A stretch of DNA of 64,000 nucleotides from Antedon mediterranea (taxonomy: Eukaryota; Animalia; Echinodermata): assembly GCF_964355755.1 (NCBI RefSeq), contig NC_092678.1, positions 9,626,422 through 9,690,421 of the forward strand, in the 5' to 3' direction. Numbering within the stretch: the stretch's first letter is position 1; every line of letters starts with the position of its first letter. Both the position numbers and the translations under genes were made by a program. The notes under the pieces were generated by a model. The model was not told where the DNA came from. It did no database searches and saw only the letters and a list, made by a program, of their open reading frames with translations. Of this stretch, positions 39,201 to 49,200 are shown piece by piece.

Positions 39201-42200
39201 TGCTCAAGTTTGAGTGCTCTCACTAGTGGGTTCGAACTTCTACGGATATTTTGTTTCTTTTTTTTTTTTTATTTAAAATAAATATTTTTTTTGAAAGTGA
39301 GATATTTTGAGGGTTGTAAATGTCAGGCCTAAACAAGTGAACCTTTTTTAAAATCAGAAGCAAAGTTGCATGGCATTATTTTTCATTGATTTATTATTAA
39401 TTTCATATAAATAGAGTATTATCAGCTCTTCAGTCATCTACTGGTTTGAGGCGTAACGGGTAATGCTCAGGTTTGAGTTCTCGCAGTAGTGGGTTCGAAC
39501 CTCTACGAATATTTGTTTTTTTTTTTTTTTTATTTAAAAAAATATTGTTTTTGAAAGTGAGATATTTTGAGGGTTGTAAATGTCAGGCCTAAACAAGTGG
39601 ACCTTTTTTAAAATCAGAAACAAAGTTGCATGGCATTATTTTTTATTGATTGATCATTCATTTCATATAAATAGACTATTATCAGCTCTTCAGTTATCTA
39701 CTGGTTTGTGCCGTAACGGGTAATGCTCAAGTTTGAGTGCTCTCACTAGTGGGTTCGAACCTCTACGGATATTTTTTTTTTTTTTTTTTTAAATAAATAT
39801 TGTTTTTGAAAGTGAGATATTTTGAGGGTTGTAAATGTCAGGCCTAAACAAGTGAACCTTTTTTAAAATCAGAAACAAAGTTGCATGGCATTATTTTTCA
39901 TTGATTTATTATTAATTTCATATAATTAGAGTATTATCAGCTCTTCAGTCATCTACTGGTTTGAGGCGTAACGGGTAATGCTCAGGTTTGAGTTCTCGCA
40001 GTAGTGGGTTCGAACCTCTACGAATATTTTTTTTCTTTTTTTTTTTTATTGAAAAAAATATTGTTTTTGAAAGTGAGATATTTTGAGGGTTGTAAATGTC
40101 AGGCCTAAACAAGTGGACCTTTTTTAAAATCAGAAACAAAGTTGCATGGCATTATTTTTCATTGATTGATCATTAATTTCATATAAATAGACTATTATCA
40201 ACTCTTCAGTTATCTACTGGTTTGTTGCGTAACGGGTAATACCCAGGTTTGAGTGCTCTCAGTAGCGGGTTCCAACCTCTAGGGATATTGCTTTTTTTTT
40301 TCTTATTGAAAATAAATATTTTTTTTTGAAAATGAGATATTTTTTAGGGTTGTAAATGTCAGGCCTAAACAAATGGATTTTTTTTAAAATCAGAAACAAA
40401 GTTGCATGGCATTATTTTTCATTGATTGATCATTCATTTCATATAAATAGACTATTATCAGCTCTTCAGTCATCTACTGGTTTGTGCCGTAACGGGTAAT
40501 GCTCAGGTTTGAGTGCTCTGAGTAGTGGGTCGAACCTCAAGGGATATTTTTTTTCTTTTTTTTTAAATTGAAAATAAATATGGTTTTCGAAAGTGAGATA
40601 TTTTGAGGGTTTTAAATGTCAAGCCTAACCAAGTGGACCTTTTTTTAAAATCAGAAACAAAGTTGCATAACATCATTTTACATTGATGGATCATTCATTT
40701 CATATAAATAGACTGTTATCAGCTCTTCAGTCATCTACTGGTTTGTGGCGTAACCGATAGTGCTCAGGTTTGAGTGCTCAGGTTTGAGTTCTCGCAGTAG
40801 TGGGTTCGAACCTCTACGAATATTTTTTTTCTTTTTTTTTTAATTGAAAATAAATATTGTTTTTGAAAGTGAGATATTTTGAGAGTTGTAAATGTCAGGC
40901 CTAAACAAGTGGACCTTTTTTAAAATCAGAAACAAAGTTGCATGGCATTATTTTTCATTGATTGATCATTCATTTCATATAAATGGACTATTATCAGCTC
41001 CGCAGTCATCTACTGGTTTGTGGCGTAACGGATAATGCTCAGGTTTGAGTGCTCTGAGTAGTGGGTCGAACCTCTAGGGATATTTTTTTTCTTTCTTTTT
41101 TAAATTGAAAATAAATATGGTTTTTGAAAGTGAGATATTTTGAGGGTTGTAAATATCAGGCCTAAACAAGTGGACCTTTTTTACAATCAGAAACAAAGTT
41201 GCATGGCATTATTTTTCATTGATTTATTATTTATTTCATATAAATAGAGTATTATCAGCTCTTCAGTCATCTACTGGTTTGTGGCGTAGCGGGTAATGCT
41301 CAAGTTTGAGTGCTCTCACTAGTGGGTTCGAACCTCTACTGATATTTTATTTATTTATTTTTTTAATTGAAAAAATATTGTTTTTGAAAGTGAGATATTT
41401 TGAGGGTTGTAAATGTCAGGCCTAAACAAGTCAACATTTTTTTCAATCAGAAACAAAGTTGCATGGCATTATTTTTCATTGATTGATCATTCATTTCATA
41501 TATATAGACTATTATCAGCTCCTCAGTCATCTACTGGTTTGTGGCGTAACGTGTAATGCTCAGATTTGAGTGCTCTCAGTAGTGGGTTCGAACCTATACG
41601 GGTATTTTTTTTTCTTTTTTTTTTAATTGAAAATAAATATTGTTTTTGAAAGTGAGATATTTTGAGGGTTGCAACTGTCAGGCCTAAACAAGTGAACCTT
41701 TTTTAAAATCAGAAACAAAGTTGCATGGCATTATTTTTCATTGATTGATCATCCATTTCATATAAATAGACTATTATCAGCTCTTCAGTCATAAAATGGT
41801 TTGCGGCGAACGGGTAATGCTCAGGTTTGAGTGATTTCAATAGTGGGTTCGAACTTCTAGGGATATTTTTTTTTTTTTTTTTTTATTTGAAAATAAATAT
41901 TTTTTTTGAAGGTGAGATATTTTGAGGGTTGTAAATGACAGGCCTAAACAAATGAACCTTTTTTAAAATCAGAAACAAAGTTGCATGGCATTATTTTTCA
42001 TTGATTTATTATTTATTTCATATAAATAGAGTATTATCAGCTCTTCAGTCATCTACTGGTTTGTGGCGTAGCGGGTAATGCTCAAGTTTGAGTGCTCTCA
42101 CTAGTGGGTTCGAACCTCTACTGATATTTTATTTCTTTTTTTTTTTTAATTGAAAAAATATTGTTTTTGAAAGTGAGATATTTTGAGGGTTGTAAATGTC

Positions 42201-44072
42201 AGGCCAAAACAAGTGAACCTTTTTTAAAATCAGAAACAAAGTTGCATGGCATTATTTTTCATTGATTGATCATTCATTTCATATAAATAGACTATTATCA
42301 GCTCCTCAGTCACCTACTGGTTGGTGGCGTAACGGATAATGCTCAGGTTTGAGTTCTCTCAGTAGTGGGTTCGAACCTCTAGGGATTTTTTTTTTTAAAT
42401 TGAAAATAAATATTGTTTTTGAAAGTGAGATATTTTTAGGGTTGTAAATGTCAGGCCTAAACAAGTGAACCTTTTTTTAAATCAGAAACAAAGTTGCATG
42501 GCATTATTTTTCATTGATTGATCATTCATTTCATATAAATAGACTATTATCAGCTCTTCAGTCATCTACTGGTTTGTGGCGTAACGGGTAATGCTCAGTT
42601 TTGAGTGCTCTGAGTAGTGGGTCGAACCTCTAGGGATATTTTTTTTCTTTTTTTTTTAAATTGAAAATAAATATGGTTTTTGAAAGTGAGATATTTTGAG
42701 GGTTGTAAATGTCAGGCCTAAACAAGTGGACCTTTTTTAAAATCAGAAACAAAGTTGCATGGCATTATTTTTCATTGATTGATCATTCATTTCATATAAA
42801 TAGACTATTATCAGCTCTTCAGTCATCTACTGGTTTGTGGCGTAACGGGTAATGCTCAGGTTTGAGTGCTCTGAGTAGTGGGTCGAACCTCTAGGGATAT
42901 TTTTTTTCTTTTTTTTTTAATTGAAAATAAATATGGTTTTTGAAAGTGAGATATTTTGAGGGTTGTAAATATCAAGCCTAAACAAGTGGACCTTTTTTAA
43001 AATCAGAAACAAAGTTTCATGGCATTATTTTTCATTGATTGATCATTCATTTCATATAAATAGACTATTATCAGCTCTTCAGTCATCTACTGGTTTGTGG
43101 CGTAACGGGTAATGCTCAAGTTTGAGTGCTCTCACTAGTGGGTTCGAACCTCTACGGATATTTTGTTTCTTTTTTTTTTTTTATTTAAAATAAATATTGT
43201 TTTTGAAAGTGAGATGTTTTGAGGGTTGTAAATGTCAGGCCTAAACAAGTGAACCTTTTTTAAAATCAGAAACAAAGTTTCATGGAATTATTTTTCATTG
43301 ATTTATTATTAGTTTCATATAAATAGAGTATTATCAGCTCTTCAGTCATCTACTGGTTTGAGGCGTAACGGGTAATGCTCAGGTTTGAGTTCTCGCAGTA
43401 GTGGGTTCGAACCTCTACGGATATTTTTTTTCTTTTTTTTTTTTATTGAAAAAAATATTGTTTTTGAAAGTGAGATATTTTGAGGGTTGTAAATGTCAGG
43501 CCTAAACAAGTGGACCTTTTTTAAAATCAGAAACAAAGTTGCATGGCATTATTTTTCATTGATTTATTATTTATTTCATATAAATAGAGTATTATCAGCT
43601 CTTCAGTCATCTACTGGTTTGTTGCGTAACGGGTAATGCTCAAGTTTGAGTGCTCTCACTAGTGGGTTCGAACCTCTACGGATATTTTGTTTCTTTTTTT
43701 TTTTATTTAAAATAAATATTGTTTTTGAAAGTGAGATATTTTGAGGGTTGTAAATGTCAGGCCTAAACAAGTGAACCTTTTTTAAAATCAGAAACAAAGT
43801 TGCATGGCATTATTTTTCATTGATTTATTATTCATTTCATATAAATAGAGCATTATCAGCTCTTCAGTCATCTACTGGTTTGAGGCGTAACGGGTAATGC
43901 TCAAGTTTGAGTGCTCGCAGTAGTGGGTTCGAACCTCTAGGGATATTTCTTTTCTTTTTTTTTTTATTGAAAATAAATATTTTTTTTGAAGGTGAGATAT
44001 TTTGAGGGTTGTAAATGACAGGCCTAAACAAATGAACCTTTTTTAAAATCAGAAACAAAGTTGCATTGCATT

Positions 44073-44209
44073 GTCGTGGTACGTGAGACCATGCCCGGAT
44101 TGATTTGGAAGTTTTCTCCCCGGGTATCAAGCGTGCGAGGCTTGGCTCAAATGAATGCAATATCAAGACCAACAGAAAGACAACAAGTTGTTGATTGCCG
44201 TTATCAGAC
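44073..44209. other. 137-bp non-satellite insert of unknown origin replacing 6 bp (ATTTTT) of a monomer
   Basis: The sequence reads ...GTTGCATTGCATT|GTCGTGG...ATCAGAC|CATTGATTTAT. The paralogous monomer at 20241-20270 is uninterrupted. The insert is much more GC-rich than the array. Confidence 0.9.
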
Positions 44210-45548
44210 CATTGATTTATTATTAATTTCATATAAATAGAGTATTATCAGCTCTTCAGTCATCTACTGGTTTGAGGCGTAACGGGTAATGCTCAGGTTT
44301 GAGTTCTCGCAGTAGTGGGTTCGAACCTCTACGAATATTTTTTTTTCTTTTTTTTTTAATTGAAAATAAATATTGTTTTTGAAAGTGACATATTTTGAGG
44401 GTTGTAAATGTCAGGCCTAAACAAGTGGACCTTTTTTAAAATCAGAAACAAAGTTGCATGGCATTATTTTTCATTGATTGATCATTCATTTCATATAAAT
44501 AGACTATTATCAGCTCCGCAGTCATCTACTGGTTTGTGGCGTAACGGATAATGCTCAGGTTTGAGTGCTTTCAGTAGTGGGTTCGAACCTCTAGGGATTT
44601 TTTTTTTTTAAATTGAAAATAAATATTGTTTTTGAAAGTGAGATATTTTGAGGTTTGTAAATGTCAGGCCTAAACAAGTGGACCTTTTTTAAAATCAGAA
44701 ACAAAGTTGCATGGCATTATTTTTCATTGGTTGATCATCCATTTCATATAAATAGACTATTATCAGCTCTTCAGTTATATACTGGTTTGCGGCGTAACGG
44801 GTAATGCTCAGTTTTGAGGGATTTCAATAGTGGGTTCGAACTTCTAGGGATATTTTTTTTTTTTTTTTTATTTGAAAATAAATATTGTTTTTGAAAGTGA
44901 GATATTTTGAGGGTTGTAAATGTAAGGCCTAAACAAGTGAACATTTTTTTCAATCAGAAACAAAGTTGCATGGCATTATTTTTCATTGATTTATTATTCA
45001 TTTCATATAAATAGAGTATTATCAGCTCTTCAGTCATCTACTGGTTTGAGGCGTAACGGGTAATGCTCAGGTTTGAGTGCTCTCAGTAGTGGGTTCGAAC
45101 CTATACGGGTATTTTTTTTCTTTTTTTTTAAATTGAAAATAAATATTGTTTTTGAAAGTGAGATATTTTGAGGGTTGCAACTGTCAGGCCTAAACAAGTG
45201 AACCTTTTTTAAAATCAGAAACAAAGTTGCATGGCATTATTTTTCATTGATTGATCATCTATTTCATATAAATAGACTATTATCAGCTCTTCAGTCATAT
45301 ACTGGTTTGCGGCGTAACGGGTAATGCTCAGGTTTGAGTGATTTCAATAGTGGGTTCGAACTTCTAGGGATATTTTTTTTTCTTTTTTTTTTTATTTGAA
45401 AATAAATATTGTTTTTGAAAGTGAGATATTTTTATGGTTTTAAATGTCAAGCCTAATCAAGTGGACCTTTTTTTAAAATCAGAAACAAAGTTGCATAACA
45501 TGTAATAAATTACCATTCCCTAACATATAGAGTAACATAGTATTTACA

Positions 45549-45563
45549 TGAACATTCTAGAAT
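45549..45563. promoter_or_regulatory. Heat-shock element 1 in LTR U3 (copy at 51078-51092)
   Basis: tGAAcaTTCtaGAAt is a perfect nGAAnnTTCnnGAAn. Confidence 0.7.
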
Positions 45564-45600
45564 AAGATGTTTTGATTTAAGAAACCATGTATAATTAATA

Positions 45601-45625
45601 AGAACAATCAAGAACATTCCAGAAG
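45601..45625. promoter_or_regulatory. Heat-shock element 2 in LTR U3
   Basis: aGAAcaATCaaGAAcaTTCcaGAAg: five alternating pentamers with one mismatch. Confidence 0.7.
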
Positions 45626-45699
45626 TGCTATTAATAGAAACTGTAATCATGTAATAATGAGAAGTATAAAGAATGATCTAGAAGGATAGGAGCATCTTG

Positions 45700-45707
45700 T
45701 ATATAAA
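45700..45707 (+). promoter_or_regulatory. LTR TATA box
   Basis: TATATAAA(GGG) downstream of the HSE cluster, at a plausible U3 position. Confidence 0.65.
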
Positions 45708-45730
45708 GGGATGTAAACTATTGTAAGGTT

Positions 45731-45761
45731 GTTGGATTAGAGGTTGGATTAGAGGTTGGAT
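45731..45761. repeat. 12-bp tandem repeat in LTR (GTTGGATTAGAG x2.6)
   Basis: Directly visible in both LTRs. Confidence 0.85.
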
Positions 45762-45965
45762 GTTATATTGTAAAGTCATTGTGAAGCTGTTGTTTAAAGT
45801 GCTTACTGGATTGTTAAAAGTTGAAGTTGATTGAAATTAAAGCTTTGTTTTTGAGTTATTTTACAACTTTGTGGATTTTGTGTGTATACTTTTATGTCAC
45901 AAGGGAGTTCCTAAAGTATTTTCAACCGCTCGGAAACATACGTGAGAGGAGTTCGTGACATAATT

Positions 45966-45978
45966 TGGTGGCAGCGGT
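45966..45978 (+). promoter_or_regulatory. Primer-binding site, likely tRNA-Leu
   Basis: TGGTGGCAGCGGT, 5 nt after the 5' LTR, is complementary to the ...ACCGCUGCCACCA 3' end of metazoan tRNA-Leu(AAG/TAG) as recalled. Confidence 0.8.
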
Positions 45979-46293
45979 TATTTCGATCTACTGTTCGACT
46001 TAACTGTGTATTTATCTACTGTTGGGATATTTTGTGGTAGCAGTTTGATCTACTGTATTTTGCCATAGATTGGTGGCTGTTTTAGGATCAACTGTACTTT
46101 ATTGATATTTTGAGGAAGCGGTACTTACGATACTGTGATATTTTACGGAAGCCGTGGTGCTACGTTTTGTTTAATCGTAAGTACACAAACATTGTTTAAA
46201 GAACAGTAGATTATTTTATTTGGAACAGTAGACTTGTGAACGTCTCGGTAACTACGATTAACTAGTAACAAGACCCTCATCCAGATTTAAAAT

Positions 46294-49200
46294 ATGGCTG
46301 ATAAACAATCAACAACAAGATCCGGTAGAGAATACAGCGGCGGCGATGAATCTGATTCTGAGGTAGAATCGGTTCAGTCAATACAACCTGAACAACAGGC
46401 AGAAGAGTCTGGACCAACCAGTGGACATAACCCTACAGGGGCTGACTCATCTTCAAAAGATGTTTTGTTGTTGATGCAGCAGCAAATGCAGCAGCAAATG
46501 CAGCAGCAAATGCAGCAGCAAATGCAACAACAGAATCTTATGATGCAGCAGATGATGGAACAACAAGAACGTTTACGCAAAGAAGATATGGAAAGACAAG
46601 AACGTTTACGTAGGGAAGATATGGAGAAACAGCAAGCATTAGTAATGGCGTTAATGGACAAGCAAAAGGACAGTGAGGAGAAACGATTAAAAGACATAAT
46701 GAGATTGAAGGAAGTTCAGATTGCAAAACTTTCTGATAGTGATGATATTGAAAATTATCTCACTACGTTTGAACGTATTGCTAACACCTATGAGTGGCGA
46801 AAAGAACACTGGGTAGTAAAACTAATACCTCATTTGACAGGCAAAGCAAGAGCAGCCTATGCATCACTACCAGTGACAGAAAGTAACCAGTACGACATAG
46901 TGAAGAAAGCAATATTACAAAGGTATGACATAACTGAAGAGACATATAGGCAAAGGTTTAGGTCAATTAAAAAGAAAAGTGAAGAAAGTTATAGAGAAAT
47001 GTATGTTAGGTTAAAAGATTTATTTACTAAGTGGGCTAGGCCTGCTGAAAAAAGCAAAGATGATTTAGCTGAAATTGTTATTTTAGAGCAATTAATAGAT
47101 ATTATGCCCACAGGGGTACAAATTTGGGTTAAAGAACATAAACCAGATTCTGGATTAAATGCTGCAGAATTAGCAGATAATTATTTTCAAGCTAGAAAAG
47201 GTATCGATTTTGAGAAAAAGTTTCAAAATAGAAAACACGAAAATAGAAACAACCAGGAGAAAACAGTGAAAGGCACTCCTGAAGTTGACAGTAAGGGTAA
47301 TAATAATCCCCCTGATAACTTTCATAAATCACATTCTGACGCTAGACAACCTCTCGTTTGTAGACGGTGCAAAAAAGTAGGCCACATAGAACGATTTTGT
47401 CGAAGTAAGGATGGCTTTTTGTCGACAAAGACAGATACTGTTTCAAAACCATGTACACCTTACGTTTGTAGAGGCCTAGTTGAAGGATGTGATTGTGAAA
47501 TTTTGATAGACTCTGGATGTGATATGACACTTGTTCATTCTGATTTAGTAGCGGCTAAGAAAATTAATCGCGCGGAGCAAGCTAAAATTACATGCAGGTG
47601 CGTCCATGACCATGTCCAAGCCTATCCTACTGCATTCGTCAATATTAAGGTTAATAACGAAGACCATAATTTGTTGGTTGGCGTTTGCAGCGATTTACCA
47701 AGAGATGTAATTCTTGGTAGGGACTTTCCTAAATTTGGAGACTTATTAGGGAAGGGGGATAAGAATCATGATAGGCATAGTTTTGTTGCCACTAGAGATC
47801 ATGCTAGAAAAGAGAAACTAAGAGAGGAAAACGAATTAAATTCGGAAAAAGCTTCTGGGGTTATTTCACATCAGTTAGATGATGTGGTTAATTTTCAAGA
47901 AGAATTTGGACATTTAGATGGCCAACTACTCAGTAACAACCCTCCCAAGGAAAAAGTTCATAAAACCAGAAGTGAGAAACGAAAAGTTAGGAAAGAGTTT
48001 GCAAAAACAAAGGAAGTTCAATCTAGCCAAGATAGTGAATTAGACATTTTAGATATTGGCAGAGATAAAATTAAGGATTATCAGGTTAAGGATAGAACTT
48101 TAATTTCACTTCGAGAACAGATGTTAGTACAGAAAGATGATGACACTATAAAGATAGTCTATAAGGATGGAATTTTATTTAGGCTGGTTTTCACTAAACA
48201 CCAGACAGAACCAATAGAGCAATTAGTGGTTCCATACCCTTGCCGTAATAGTGTATTGAAAGTCTCACATGATATTCCTTTGGCAGGTCATTTAGGTAGG
48301 AAAAAGACATTAGATAGGATAAAGCAGAGATTCTTTTGGCCTGGTATTAGAAAGGATGTGACCGAATATTGCAACACTTGTGAAAATTGCCAGAAAACTT
48401 CAAAGTATAAAACTAAATTGAAGGCCCCGATGATTCCTATGCCAATAATCAGTGAACCATTCCGCCGAATCACTATGGACATTGTTGGTCCACTAGCACG
48501 GAGTAAGACAGGAAATAAATATGTCTTGGTTATATGTGATTATGCAACTCGATATCCGGAGGCTATCCCACTGAGAAGTATTGAAGCTCCAAAGATAGCG
48601 GATGAGTTGATTAAATTATTTTCCAGGGTAGGGGTACCAACAGAAATTTTAACCGATCAAGGTTCTAACTTTACCTCTAAGTTGTTGAGTCAAATTTATA
48701 AGTTACTTTCAATTAAGGGCTTGACTACTTCTCCCTACCATCCACAAACCGATGGATTAGTGGAAAGATTTAATGGCACCCTTAAGGCTATGATTAGAAA
48801 ATTTGTTCAGGATGATCCCCGAGAATGGGATAAATTGCTTCCGTACCTATTATTTGCTTATAGGGAGGTACCGCAGGAGTCAACTGGGTTCTCTCCATTT
48901 GAATTATTGTATGGTTGGAAGGTACGAGGTCCACTTGATATAATGAAAGAAATGTGGACAGGCACGGTGACAGGTCCTCAAAGTGTGGTTTCCAACGTTG
49001 TTAAAATGAGAGATAGGTTAACTTCAATGAAAGATCTAGTCCAGGAAAACATTGAACTATCCCAAACAAGGCAAAAACAAAAATATGATCAGAAATCTGT
49101 TTGTAGAGAATTTAGTCCAGGTGATGAAGTCCTATTACTCTTACCATCTAGTAACGATGCATTAGAGGCAAAATGGCAAGGTCCTTACAAGGTTTTAAGG

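Larger units (their letters stand above)
1..45500. repeat. ~261-bp AT-rich tandem satellite array, left arm (tRNA-derived monomer); probably continues beyond the window start
   Basis: TCAGCTCTTCAGTCATCTACTGGTTTG...GGTTCGAACC...(T)n...AGGCCT...CATATAAATAG recurs every ~260-264 bp, all in one orientation. Length variation is mostly in the T-run. Confidence 0.98.
45501..45960 (+). repeat. 5' LTR (460 bp)
   Basis: TGTAATAAAT...TTCGTGACA, repeated at 51030-51489. Confidence 0.97.

Noticed and set aside
43864-44232. 122-aa ORF
   Set aside because: A chance fusion of the satellite frame with the 137-bp insert.
1-45500. CRISPR array or a functional tRNA gene cluster
   Set aside because: There are no unique spacers or cas genes. 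The units lack an acceptor stem and proper anticodon and T stems.
46011-46040. Similarity of the retroelement leader (ATCTACTG, GGGATATTTT) to the satellite
   Set aside because: The matches are only 8-10 bp in AT-rich DNA, which is insufficient to claim homology.
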